A DNA stretch of 64,000 nt from IMG/VR virus record IMGVR_UViG_3300006175_000012, positions 1,304 to 65,303 of that record; one strand, given 5' to 3'. The position numbers and the translations under genes were made by a program. Positions 1 to 10,759 of this stretch are shown in pieces. Position 1 is the first letter of the stretch; each line of letters begins with the position of its first letter. This stretch comes from a virus. Lineage: Duplodnaviria; Caudoviricetes. The notes below the pieces were generated by a model. That model was given only the letters and a program-made list of their open reading frames with translations. It was not told the origin of the DNA and ran no database searches.

Positions 1-273
1 GTGGCGCACCGGCAGGCGGTAGCCGACGTAGAGGCTGGTGCCGGCGTACACGTCGAGACTCGCGGGCAGCAGCCAGGCGAGAGCGGCGGGCCAGCCGACG
101 AGGATCGCGAGCCAGTACAGGGAGACGGCGGAGCTGGCGGCGGCGCAGGCGAGGGCGGCGGTTCCGCCGTGCCGTAGGACGGTCATGACGTCGCCGGGCG
201 CGTCGGGGGTGGGTTCGTCGTCGCGGGGGGTTCGCTTGCCCTTGGGCGCGCGGATATTCTCTGCCGTAGGCAC
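1..273 (-). CDS. DUF2637/SpdA-like membrane protein, N-terminal part (runs off window)
   Basis: Hand translation MPTAENIR...SAVSLYWLAILVGWPAALAWLLPASLDVYAG; GTG start behind AGGAG; resembles actinomycete plasmid spread proteins. Confidence 0.55.
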   Translation of the reverse strand, partial: MPTAENIRAPKGKRTPRDDEPTPDAPGDVMTVLRHGGTAALACAAASSAVSLYWLAILVGWPAALAWLLPASLDVYAGTSLYVGYRLPVRH

Positions 274-557
274 GTCGCTCGCTCCTGGATAGCGGGTCGT
301 GTTAGTCGGCGTCGGATCGGTGTTAGCGCACTGGTCCGACGCTGCATTGTTGATGTCCACAGTACGCTCCTCTCCGGACGTTTTCCGTGGCGGTGAATCA
401 GGGTCCGGCTTGTTTCTGGTGTGGTTTCGGAAATGCGGTGGATGCCCGGCCCCGAACGGTGTGGAGGGGCACCACTCGGGGCCGGGCGTTCGTCACCGGT
501 TAGCGCCGGTGGCGTTTGCCCCGCGCTACGCCTGGACGCGCGCGGGGAGTCTTGGGG

Positions 558-3500
558 TCAGCCGTCGTTGGCGTTGCGGATCGTGACGGTGACGCCGGGA
601 TGGCTCGGCAGGTCCTTGAGCCGGTCGTCCAGCTCCTGGTCGCTGTAGACGGCGGCGCCTCCGACGACGCCGAGCGCGCGGTCGACGGCGCTGACGGACT
701 GCCCGTCGCTGCGGGTGGCGGTGATCACGTACTTGGGCTTGGCCATTGGTTAGAACCCTTCGTGGCGGGCGTTGGGAAATGCTGCGGCGTAGTCGGCCAG
801 CGTGGCGCCGGCCAGGTCGATGACGATCAGTTCGTGGGTGCCGAACCGGTGCGGGTGTGAGCGGCGCACGGGCTGCGCGCGGCGTCGAGCCCAGCGGCGG
901 CGACGGATCGCGCCGAACCGGCTGACGTCCTCGATCAGCGCGCGGGTCGGGCCCTGTGCGACGGCGACGCGGATGGCGCCGGGGAACCATTGGCGCGCCG
1001 CGAACCACCAGAAGGCCGCGAATGCTTCCATCGCGGGGAAGACGATCGGGCTGGTGACGTGCCAGTGCCACCAGAAGCCGATCTTCCACAGGATCGGGTT
1101 CTGCCGCTTGCGGCGCGGCCGGCCGACGGCGTCGTCGAAGGCGTCCTGGGCCTGGTCGAAGTCGGCTTGGGTGAGGCTGCTCCAGCCGCCGCGGGCGCCG
1201 GTGGTGATCAGTCGGGTGAGGGCTTCCTCGTGTGCGCCGGCGCCGGGGATGCCGGCGAGTTCGTTGACCGCCTGGGCGGCGTCGCGCGGGGTGGACAGTT
1301 CGGGGATCACGGCGTGGCTCCGCTCGGGACGATGACGTTGGTGGTGGCGGTCAGGTAGGTCGCGGCGGCGGTGATGCCGACGGCGATCAGGACGATCAGA
1401 GTCGGCCCGGACGCGCCGTAGTGCGCGAGCGCGTACAGGGCGAGGCCTGCAGCGGACATCCGGCGGCCGGTCTTCGCGAGGATCTGCGCGAACCGCAGGC
1501 TGTCGTGGTCCGGTGCCGCCCAGTTCAGGGCGAACCCGGCGGTGCCGAAGGCGGCGAGCACGGCGCCCAGGACAAGCAGCAGAAGAGTGATCGCGAGCAT
1601 CGGTCTCGCCTCCTTCGGCGGTGTCGTTGGATGGTCGGGCCGGGCGGTGGTGGTCGCCCGGGCGATTGGTTACGGCTTGCGGAGCAGTTCCTTGACGAAC
1701 GCCTTGCCGCCCTGGATCGGGTGTCCGGCCTTGATTTGGTCGGCGGCGTCACACAGGCGCTCGGAGGACTGCTCCAGGAACTCCTGCGTGACCTCGGGCT
1801 TGGGGTCCTTGCGGCCCATGCGGTGGGTCTCCTCTCGGTTGTTTCGGCGGGGCTTGGTCGCCCATGCCATCCGGTCGGCTCGCGCCGCGCCGGATCGCGG
1901 AGGCGGTCAGAACCGCTTGCTCACGCGCGTTCCGAACGGCCCCTTGGCGCTGACCCACACGCTGAGCCCGTTGCGCCGGTGTCGGCGGTAGTGGCTGTGG
2001 TGGAACAGCAGGTAGAGCACGGCGAGGGTCGCGAGGGTGGCGATGGCGGGGTGGTGGTGCGCGAAGGCCGCGAGGGCGTGGGGCATATCAGTTCTCCTTA
2101 GTGGCCGCGAACGGCTCGGGGCTCAGGCACTGCTGCGGGCGGTCGTCGTCTTCGTCGTCCCCGTCGTCCTCGTCGTCCTCGATCGGGCCGTCGAACCAGC
2201 CGGCGTCGGGCAGGTTCTCGACGATGTCGGCCTCGGCGGCGCGGTCGTCCCAGATCAGTTGCCGTCCGGCGGGGTCGCCGTCCTGGTCGGTGATGTCGAA
2301 CAGGACGGCCTCGTGGGCGCCGGCCAGGGCGTGTTCGATGGCGGCGCGCAGGGTTTCGGTCTGCTGGGCGTCGAGTCCGCGGGTCCAGGCGCCGCTGCCG
2401 GCGGCGTCTTTGGCGAGCATGTCGGCGACGGTGCCGTTTTTGGCGTAGCCGCCGACGAGGTAGGTGTAGGCGATCAGGCGTACCTGGTCGGGGTCGGGGG
2501 TGTAGCTGGCCATGGCGCTGCTCCTTAGGGAGCCGGGTAGTGGTCGGTTTCGCCGTAGCCGGGCAGCGGTGTCGCTGCGTAGCCGGCGTGGGTGCGCCGG
2601 GCGGGCGCGGTAATGCTGGCGCGCTGGACGGCGGGCAGGGTGGTGTCGTGCTCGTCGTGGCGTTGCCCAAGCAGGCAGGCGACGCAGCAGCCGACGGTGA
2701 CGGTCGGGGTCGCGGTGATCGGCGGTGTCATCGGCCTGCGTCCTGTTCGCGCGTGATGGCGTGCGTCGGGCCGGCGAGCAGCGCGGTGATCGCGTCGGCT
2801 TCGGCAGGGGCCAGCGGGCCGATTCGGTAGGTGCCGGCGTTGTCGTGGACGGTGAGCGTGACGGGCGCTTGGCATCCGCGCGTCGCGGTGGCGGTGATCG
2901 GCTGGCTGGTCATCGCAGCGCTCCTTGCGCGATCGAGACCGCGTCCTCGTGGCTGGTGCTCTTCGCGATCCGCTGGAGGGCGTCGCGGTAGTGCTCGGCG
3001 TTTTCTGTCGCGAGCCGGTACATGCGGGCCCGGGTTTCCGCGGCCTCTTCGGTCTGCGCGTGTACGGCGGCCCAGGTTTGCGCGGTTTGTGCCGCGTCGG
3101 CGAGCGCGGACTGCAGCTGCTCGGCGTCCGCGGCCAGGTCTTCGGCGCGTTCGGCGAGCAGTCTTACGGCTTGCGCGAGCAGCGGCTTGCCTGCGGCCTC
3201 GAGCGCGGCGGCGGCGCGGTTGATGATGTCGGCGGGGCTCGGCCCGGTTTCGATGCCGCTCATCGCGTCGCTCCGGTCAGGATGAGCCGGACTTCGGGTT
3301 CGGCCTTTTCGTCGAGGGTGTAGAGGATGCGGGTGCGTGCGTCGTCGACGAGCAGGTGGTCGACGTCGGGCTGGTTGCGCAGGTGGTCCCAGAGCACGAA
3401 CCGCAGGGCGGTGCGGTCGTCGACGTCCACGCTGGTGCGCAGGGTGCGGCAGGTGCAGGTGATGCGGGCTTCGCCGGGTGCGGCGTGCGCGATGGTGGCC

Positions 3501-5923
3501 ACGTGCCGCAGCTTCGGTCCGGCGGGGGCGGTCGTCTTCGGGGCGCAGGCGGCCATCAGGCGCCGTCCTGTCCGCGTCGGGCTTCGGCGCTGTAGTAGCC
3601 GGCTGCCGCGTCGTCGCCGAGCAGCAGGGCGTCGTGGGCGAGCAGCGCCATCGCGAAGGGCCGGATCTGTCCGGGCCGCAGGCTGAAGCCGTACGTGCCG
3701 AGGGTGTCCTCGGGGTGGGTGGTGAACACGTTCAGCAGCGCTGTGCCGTCGTCCTCGGCCGTGAGGTTGAGGGTGGCAGCGGTGATCCCGTCGGCGTATC
3801 CGGGCTGGGTGGTGGCGGCGTGCAGCGGCGCGGACGTGCAGGGGGTGTCGGGGGTGTGGCCGGTGTCGGCGCACCAGGGGCGGTGGGAGGCGAGGGCGCT
3901 CATCGCTGGTCGCCCCATCCGGCGGCGTCGGCGTTGGAGGTCGCCGCGGGCGCGGGGGCGCTGGTGACGCCGGCTTCGACGCAGCCGTGGCACCAGGGCT
4001 CGGGGTCGGTGTCCATGCCGTCCTCGCCGTGGTGCGCGCACCACCAGTCGGGGCTGTCGGCGACGTGCTCGGCGCGGCCCTGGTTCAGGCCGTCGGCGAT
4101 GCGGGAGGCGGTTGCGACGATGCGGTGCAGGGCGGCCAGGCGCCGTGCGGGCTCGTTGATGGCTGCTGCGGCGTCTTCGCGGATGGCGCGCAGGTCGTCG
4201 AGTGTGGCGGCGGGGATCGCGGCGCGCAGGGCGTTGTTGCCGCCGGCGTCGTACGCGTCGGCGAGGTAGTCGGTGACGGTGCCGCGCGAGTCCTCGTGCA
4301 GGGCGAGGGTGCTCATCAGCCGGTTGGCGGCGTTCTCGACGGCCTGGGGCGGGTAGGTGCTCATCGCTCGCTGTCCTTGCGGGTCATCTCGCGCAGTGCG
4401 GGGTCGTTGCCGGTCGGGCGGCGGATGTGCTGGCGCCGTTCGATGATCTGCGCGGCGCTGAACGCGGCCGCGGTGGCGGCGATGGCGGCCAGTTCGGGGC
4501 GGTGGTGGCTGCGGTTGTGGTCGAGAAACAGCACGGCGATGGCGGCGAGGGCGAGGATCGCGGCGGCCGCCATGGCGACACGGGTCGCGCGGCGGCGGTC
4601 GCGCGGCCGGCGGGTCGCACTGTCGCAGTGGTCGGGGTTGTAGTGCACGAGCCGGCGGTTGCCTGGGCCGGCAGCGGCGCTCTGCTTGCCGGTGATGCGC
4701 CGCCCGCACCTGTCGCAGTGCGTCCCGCGCCACCGGCCGAGGCTGTGGATCAGGCGCCCCATCGCGCGGACTCCTTCGCGGGCTTCTGCAAATCAGCGAT
4801 CAGCTGCCGGATTTCGCCGGTGACCCGCATCGGGTGGGCGTCGAGGATCGCGCGCAGTCGGGCGGTGGTCTCGCGCCGGGCTGCGGCGTGTCCGTCGTCG
4901 TAGTCGCCTTTGCCGGCGCTGGCGCCGAGCAGGCGCAGGGCGAGGCGTGTGCGCAGGCTCATCGCGCGGACTCCTTCACAGCGGCGGCTCGGATGAGCTG
5001 CGGCGGGCACGGGCCTTGATGGATCAGCACGCGGCGCAGGGTCTTGTAGTTGCGCAGCACGAGGACGGAGTGCGTGTCGGCGCTGATGCGATGTCCGCAG
5101 CGCCCGCAGACGCCGATCAGGGGCCATAGGCGCAGGTAGAGGCGCGCGGCGGCGAGTGCGATCGGGGGGCGCCTCATCGCGTCCACTCCGCTCCGGTGGC
5201 TTCGCGTGCCCGGTCGATCCAGTCGGCCGCCGCAGCGGCGATGCCCTGGCCGGCGCGCTCGAGGTGTCCGGCGATCAGTCGCGACTGCTCGGGGTTGACG
5301 CCCTGCATGCCGAAGCTGGTGGTGGCGAGGTTGTCCAGGACGTCGAGCAGCGCGCTGATGACGGTGTGCTCGCTGTGGTTGTGGACGGCTTGCAGGACGC
5401 GGGCCAGTTCGTCGGCGTTGGCCGGGGTCCAGTTCGCGAGGTTGTCCAGGGCGCTGATCGCGGGCGCTGCGGTCGGGTGCGTGTTCGGGCTCATCGTGTG
5501 CCGCCGTTCGCGCCCGTGGCGGGGTGGGTCTTGTCGGTGTGGCGGGCTTCGGCGTGCACGGCGGCGGACTGGGAGGGGTAGCCGGCGCCACAGGAACGCG
5601 GTCCGGTGCAGCCGGGGACGGTGCAGCGCCAGGCGTGCGTGGGCGAGCCGGGCTCGTGGATGGTCATCAGGCACCGCCGTTCTCGCGCCCGCGCTCGCGG
5701 GTGATGCGGGCCATGCAGTCAAGGGCCCGGGTCTGGGTGTCGGTGAGGGTGGGGCGCGCGGCTTCGAACACGAGCAGGAGCGCGTCGGTGTTCTCGGCGC
5801 GCAGGGCCCGCATGCGGGCCTCGTACGCGGCGTGCGCGGCCTGGACGGCGGCGGTCTGCTTGGGGTCGAGCTGCGCGGCGGCCAGCGCGAGCGCGGTGGT
5901 GTCGGTTCCGGTTAGGCTCTGCA
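558..5923 (-). other. Operon of about 17 small coupled hypothetical ORFs (e.g. 558-746, 750-1310, 1307-1600, 1907-2086, 2088-2513, 2910-3263, 4361-4762, 5174-5494)
   Basis: Head-to-tail minus-strand ORFs with overlapping stop/start and RBS-like GGAG; several are hydrophobic; no recognisable families. Confidence 0.7.
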
Positions 5924-5998
5924 TGATCCGGTTTCCCTCCAAGGTGGCGGATCGATGGCTCGGCTGGAGTTCGCCCTCCGGCCGGGCCGTTTTCGTAT

Positions 5999-6262
5999 TC
6001 ATGCGGCGTGCGTCTCGGTGGCGGCCCGGACCTTGACGCCCGAGTCGACTGCGCTCTGCGGGATGCGGACACGCCCGGTCGGGGTCAGCCAGTGCGCCAG
6101 AAGGCCCCGGTTGATCCAGCGGCGCACCGTGACGCGGTGCACGCCGATGGCGTCGGCGAACTCCCCCACGGAAAAGCTCGGCTCGTTGAATCCGGCCGGG
6201 GCCTTGGGGCTACTCACTGACGCCTCCCTCGCTGCCGTTGCTGCGTTTGCATCGATTCTCAC
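5999..6262 (-). CDS. Excisionase-like HTH (MerR/HTH_17) protein
   Basis: FSVGEFADAIGVHRVTVRRWINRGLL...TPTGRVRIP. Confidence 0.8.
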   Translation of the reverse strand: MRIDANAATAAREASVSSPKAPAGFNEPSFSVGEFADAIGVHRVTVRRWINRGLLAHWLTPTGRVRIPQSAVDSGVKVRAATETHAA

Positions 6263-6350
6263 GGTGTGCTACCTCTGATAGTCTTCTATAAGTGTGGCTC
6301 TGTCAACTCTGTCGCTAGACTCAAAGAAGGCGAGGACAGGGAGTTGAGTT

Positions 6351-7121
6351 GTGACCGTCAATCCGGGCGACCCGACGCCGGCCTACGCGCAGATCGCCAA
6401 CGGACTGCGCAGGCGGATCACGCGCGGGGAGTTGCGCGACGGCGACAAACTCCCGACCCTCGGCGAGCTGATCGACGAGTCCGGCAGCGCCCTGGGCACC
6501 GTGCGACAGGCCATCAGCCAGCTGGAGTCCGAGGGGCTTGTCGTCACTCGGCAGGGCAAGGGCACCTTCGTACGGCACCCGCGCCGAATGCGCCGCGAGG
6601 GATCGACCCGCCACCTCTCGCAGCGCCGATCCGAGGGGACGCCGCCGATGAAGGCCGAGGCGCAGAAACAGAACTTCGAACGGGGCCAAGAGGTCACCGC
6701 GGCGCACCTCGAACCCGCGCCGGCGAGAGTCGCCGAACTGCTGGGAGTCGGCGAGGGCGATCCGCTGCTGTTGCGCCGGGTCCTGCTGACGCTCGACGGC
6801 GAACCCGCGCAGGTGGCGCTGAGCTACTTCCCGCGGGAGTTCGCCGGCGATCCCGTGCTGCAAACCGCTGCGGAGGTGCCGGGCGGCACGCACGCCTACC
6901 TCAAGCGCGAACTGGGGCTGCCGCTGGCCTACGCGGTGGAGGACCTGGTGGCGCGGATGCCGACGCCCGACGAGACAGCGCAACTGCGCCTGCACCCCGG
7001 AACTCCGGTCGTGGACCTGGTGCGGACCATCTACACGCAGGACGACCGGCCGGTCGAGGTGACGGTGTTCGCCTGCGCGGGCGACCGCTTCGAGTTCAGG
7101 TACCGCGTCCCCGTGGAATAG
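6351..7121 (+). CDS. GntR/HutC-family regulator with UTRA domain (KorSA/TraR-like)
   Basis: YAQIANGLRRRI..GELRDGDKLPT..TVRQAISQLESEGLVVTRQGKGTFV; UTRA C-terminus RPVEVT; divergent from the xis-like gene. Confidence 0.92.
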   Translation: MTVNPGDPTPAYAQIANGLRRRITRGELRDGDKLPTLGELIDESGSALGTVRQAISQLESEGLVVTRQGKGTFVRHPRRMRREGSTRHLSQRRSEGTPPMKAEAQKQNFERGQEVTAAHLEPAPARVAELLGVGEGDPLLLRRVLLTLDGEPAQVALSYFPREFAGDPVLQTAAEVPGGTHAYLKRELGLPLAYAVEDLVARMPTPDETAQLRLHPGTPVVDLVRTIYTQDDRPVEVTVFACAGDRFEFRYRVPVE

Positions 7122-7143
7122 CGTCCGGGTCGGCGGCCGCCTC

Positions 7144-7473
7144 GTGACCGCCCTGGACGAGCGCCCCGCCGCCGCCTGCCACAGCCCGGCGCGCTGCCCG
7201 CAGATGCCCGATGTCGCGGCCGAACTGCGCGACGCGCTTCGCCGCGAGCGGCTGGTGTACGAACTCGGCCGCCACGACGGGTATGCCGCAGGGGTCGCAG
7301 CCGCCGAACGCGAACTAGCCGAGCACTGGTCGCGCCTGGCCGCGTCGATACGCCGGGACGCGAACCGGCTCAAGCGTCCCGTCCCCGAACCGGTCGCCCG
7401 CTCGAACGACAGCGACGACGACTCGATCTGGTTCACCGCCCACGAATGGGCCAGTTGGGCGGGCCAACGGTGA
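7144..7473 (+). CDS. Hypothetical protein
   Basis: 109-aa ORF coupled (GTGA) to the AAA gene. Confidence 0.6.
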   Translation: MTALDERPAAACHSPARCPQMPDVAAELRDALRRERLVYELGRHDGYAAGVAAAERELAEHWSRLAASIRRDANRLKRPVPEPVARSNDSDDDSIWFTAHEWASWAGQR

Positions 7474-8624
7474 CCGACCTGCTCACCGTCCGGCCCGGCG
7501 AGGGCGAGCAGCTTCGCGACCTCGGCTGGAGCGAAGAAGACATCGCCCGCCACGCACCCGAACCCGACGCCCTCGACCGGGCGGTCGCCGCGCTCGAAGC
7601 CGAACTGCTCGACAGCGACGGACTCGACGCCATCCCCGAACTCCAGCCGCTGATCGACGGCTACCTGTACCGCAACAGCATGGCGCGCGTCATCGGGCCG
7701 TCCGGCTCCATGAAGTCCTTCGTGATGCTCGACTTCGCCGGCCACATCGGCGGCGGCCACCCCTGGCACGGACACCGCACCAAGCAAGGACTGGTGATCT
7801 ATTTGGTGGCCGAGGGGGGCGGCGGCGTGCGCAAACGCGTGCGGGCCTGGGAGCAGTACTACGGGCGCAAGATGACTGGGGTGAAGTTCCTGCCCCGACC
7901 GGTCCAGGCCGCCGACCTGGGGGAGTGGGCGGTCCTGATCGAGGTGTGCAAGCGACTGCGCCCGGTGCTGGTCATCTTCGACACGCAGGCCCGCATCACC
8001 GTCGGTGTGGAGGAGAACTCCGCCAAAGAGATGGGCCTGATCGTGCACCGGCTGGAGGCCCTGCGCGAGGCCTGCGGCGCGTGCGTGGCGCTCGTGCACC
8101 ACCAGGGCCTGAACGGGGAGCACGGACGCGGTTCGACGTCGGTCAAGGGGGCTTTGCAGACCGAGCTGCGGGTGGCGAAGAAGGGCAAGGGCGCCGCCCA
8201 GACGCGGATCACGGTCGCCTCGGACAAGCAGAAGGACGACGAGGAGTTGGGCGACATGGTGTTCGCGGTCGAGGTGGTCAAACTCGCGGGCGAGGCGAGA
8301 GAGGACGGTTCGCCGGTCACCTCGGTCGTCCTGGTGCCCGGGAAACCGCTCGCAGACGGCGATGGCACAGAAGGTTCCGGGGGTGGCCCGCGCAAGGCCA
8401 GCGCGCGTGTCCTGGCGGTACTGCGGGACGAGCGCAGGCCGTTGACGCCGAACGGAATCGGCGACGTGCTGGCACGGCTGGAGGGTGGTCCGCTCAAGCT
8501 GCGAACGATCCAGAACGCTCTGAAGGAGTTGGCCGACAACGGATCGATCCAAGCTGCCGGGATGTCCGGTTACGCGCAATTGTGGCGTGCCGACTTCGAT
8601 CAGAGCACTGAGGCGGGAGCCTGA
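7470..8624 (+). CDS. AAA_25/RepA-like RecA-fold helicase
   Basis: Walker A GPSGSMKS, YLVAEG, Walker B LVIFDT, LVHH, RGST motifs; C-terminal wHTH-like tail. Confidence 0.85.
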   Translation: MTDLLTVRPGEGEQLRDLGWSEEDIARHAPEPDALDRAVAALEAELLDSDGLDAIPELQPLIDGYLYRNSMARVIGPSGSMKSFVMLDFAGHIGGGHPWHGHRTKQGLVIYLVAEGGGGVRKRVRAWEQYYGRKMTGVKFLPRPVQAADLGEWAVLIEVCKRLRPVLVIFDTQARITVGVEENSAKEMGLIVHRLEALREACGACVALVHHQGLNGEHGRGSTSVKGALQTELRVAKKGKGAAQTRITVASDKQKDDEELGDMVFAVEVVKLAGEAREDGSPVTSVVLVPGKPLADGDGTEGSGGGPRKASARVLAVLRDERRPLTPNGIGDVLARLEGGPLKLRTIQNALKELADNGSIQAAGMSGYAQLWRADFDQSTEAGA

Positions 8625-9314
8625 TGCGCGGCGTATGGCCTCTGACCTGTGCGCATCTCGCGCATGCGCGCCGCATGCGCGCCTTGCGCGCCGTGCGCGC
8701 CGACCACTGGGCACTCCGCCGCGAGCGTCCGGCCCGAGGTGCGGACTCGGAGTCGGGACGCTCGCGGCGGCGGCCATCAGGCGGCGCTCCCGGCGCGTTC
8801 GGCGAGCTTAAGTTCGTTGTCCGCGATCATCAGCGCGAGATCCGTGGTGTCGGCCGCAGACCGGGCGAACTTCCAGATCTGCTGGGCGCCCTGGATGTCG
8901 GTGCCAGCGTCGTTGGCGAGGTCGGTCATGTCGTCGGCGATCTGGCCGAGTTGCGCGATGACTTCGGTGAGCCGGTCGACGGTTTGGCGCATGACGGCCT
9001 GGTCGCGGGTCGGGGTCGCGGTGTTCACGCGGCGCTCCCGGCGGCGAGGTCGAGCAGGTGGGTGAGCTGGCGGCGGTTGACCCGCTGCCCGGTGCGGCGC
9101 ATGGCGCGGCGCAGGCTGGCGACATCGGTCTCGCTGTAGCCGCTGTTCGCGGCAGTGACCAGGGTGCGGCTGACGCGCTTGGCGGCGCGGCCGATGGCCC
9201 TGTCGGCGGGGGTTGCTACGGTGTGATCCACGATCCGTTCCCTCCAAGTTGCGGATCGGGCCTCGGCTGCCGCGGGATCGGCGCCGAGGCCGTTTGCTGT
9301 CTGCGTGCTGTGCG

Positions 9315-9386
9315 TGCCCCCTGCGCGATTCGAACGTGCATCCCCGGCTCCGTGGGCCGGTGCTCTCTCCGTTGAGCTAAGGGGGC
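9315..9386 (-). tRNA. tRNA-Arg(ACG)-like gene, atypical
   Basis: Cloverleaf GCCCCCT TA GCTC AACGGAGA GAGC A CCGGC CC-ACG-GA GCCGG GGAT GCACG TTCGAAT CGCGC AGGGGGC A; C at position 33, one T-stem mismatch, no encoded CCA. Confidence 0.75.
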
Positions 9387-9502
9387 TTGCCGTTTTGCTG
9401 GTGGTGGACCGCCCGCGCCCCGGCCGTTGGGGGAGGAGTCACGGGACGCGGGCGGCCGATCGGGGTGTCCGGCGGCCCTGGATAAGTCGCCGGGCGGTGG
9501 GG

Positions 9503-9736
9503 CTAGGCGGCGGTCAGGGCGCCGGACTCGAGGTCGGCGGGCTTAGCGACGGTGCGGCGAGCGAGGTAGGCCTCGACCGACGCGCGGGTGACGCGGATCG
9601 ATCCGCCCTTGGGTCCGACGCGCTTGACGTCGAACTCTCCAGCCTCGATCTCGCGGTGGGTGCTGCTCTTGCTCTGCCGGGTCATGGCGCAGACCTCGGC
9701 CACGGTCAGCAGCTCCGGCATCTCTGCGGTCTCCAT
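9503..9736 (-). CDS. Excisionase-family HTH_17 DNA-binding protein
   Basis: ELLTVAEVCAMTRQSKSSTHREIEAGEF...GSIRVTRASVEAYL. Confidence 0.85.
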   Translation of the reverse strand: METAEMPELLTVAEVCAMTRQSKSSTHREIEAGEFDVKRVGPKGGSIRVTRASVEAYLARRTVAKPADLESGALTAA

Positions 9737-9834
9737 GGGTTCGGCTCCTTCGGTGTTCCTTCTGTTTCCAGAGAACCAGCTTCTCCTAGGGATGTCAAGC
9801 TTCTATATAGGATGCTACGGTGTTCTGAAGAACC

Positions 9835-9870
9835 AAAAAGCCCCGGCGACCCATCGGGCTGCCGGGGCTT
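9835..9870 (-). terminator. Intrinsic terminator after the second GntR gene
   Basis: AAGCCCCGGC...GCCGGGGCTT stem with a minus-strand T-run at 9835-9839. Confidence 0.7.
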
Positions 9871-9884
9871 GAGTCCCTACGTGA

Positions 9885-10628
9885 CTAGGCGGTGATATCG
9901 AATTGCAGCGTGAAGACCGTCGAGTCCAGCACCATCTCGTTGACTTCGACCGCCCTGCCGCTGGCGTCGAACGCCGTGCGCAACTCGGTCAGCATCGGCA
10001 CCGAAGCGCTCACGCCGAGGCGCAGAGTCTCCTCATGCGTCGGCGAGCGCGCGCCGACCAGCACTTCGAATCGCACAGGCCCGTGGCCGGCGTCCCGCAG
10101 CCGCGCGTACGTGCCGCCGGGGCCGGTGTCAGGCTCCGTGATGCGTGTACCGTCCGCAATCTCCTCCGGGACGTACGAGGCGGCGAGCAGTACCACCTGC
10201 TCTCCGACCTTGTAGCCGCGGTCCCGCACCCACGTGTTGGCCTGGCCGAGAACCAGGGCAATGTGCGCTGGCGCCGAGACGCGGTCCACGACCAAGTCTT
10301 CGGGGGTGGGCACCGTGCCAATGTCCTCGACCCACATCGACCGGCCGTCGCCCCACACGCTCTCCAGGAGGCGTTTCGTCTCGTTGCGCACGATCTTGTG
10401 TGTGGAGCGAACGAAGAAGCCTTTGCCGCGCTGCGCCGCGATCAGCCCTTCCCGTTCGAGCACTGCCAGCGCGGCGCGCATCGTCGGCTTGGCAACGTCG
10501 TACAGCTTTGCGAGATCGTCCTCCATCGGGAGCTTGTCGCCCGGTTTGAGCTTGCCCGATCTGATCTGCGTTCGGATCTTCCCGGCTGTCTGCTCGAACT
10601 TCGGCGCTCTAGGGCGGCGCTCTGGCAT
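9885..10628 (-). CDS. Second GntR/HutC-family regulator with UTRA domain
   Basis: IRSGKLKPGDKLPMEDDLA..PTMRAALAVLEREGLIAAQRGKGFFV; GRAVEV at C-terminus. Confidence 0.92.
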   Translation of the reverse strand: MPERRPRAPKFEQTAGKIRTQIRSGKLKPGDKLPMEDDLAKLYDVAKPTMRAALAVLEREGLIAAQRGKGFFVRSTHKIVRNETKRLLESVWGDGRSMWVEDIGTVPTPEDLVVDRVSAPAHIALVLGQANTWVRDRGYKVGEQVVLLAASYVPEEIADGTRITEPDTGPGGTYARLRDAGHGPVRFEVLVGARSPTHEETLRLGVSASVPMLTELRTAFDASGRAVEVNEMVLDSTVFTLQFDITA

Positions 10629-10759
10629 ACGGCCCTCCTCCGTCAGCCTGGGTGCGCGCGTCTCTCGCTCGCACGGGGCAACCGTACATCCCTAGAGACC
10701 TGCTGTAACTTTGACACCAGGCTTACTTCCCTAGTCGCGCTACGGCAGGAAGGTTCACG

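Larger units (their letters stand above)
9786..10734. promoter_or_regulatory. Putative operator boxes AC(A/T)TCCCTAG flanking the second GntR gene
   Basis: CTAGGGATGT 9786-9795 (overlaps minus-strand TTGACA), ACATCCCTAG 10686-10695, ACTTCCCTAG 10725-10734 next to TTGACA 10711-10716. Confidence 0.6.

Noticed and set aside
444-487. GC hairpins at 444-487, about 32585 and 34321 as ncRNAs
   Set aside because: Simple stems in intergenic gaps, consistent with terminators or RNA stabilisers; no further structure seen
1424-1438. Gapped match of unit U5 in gene 1307-1600 (also U7 near 63180 in the repressor)
   Set aside because: Only 5 of 12 dinucleotides, in common codon patterns; expected by chance
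6321-8777. 818-aa minus-strand ORF and other long shadow ORFs (e.g. 9903-11411, 35306-36688, 40986-42554)
   Set aside because: Antisense or off-frame shadows of motif-supported genes, typical of high-GC DNA
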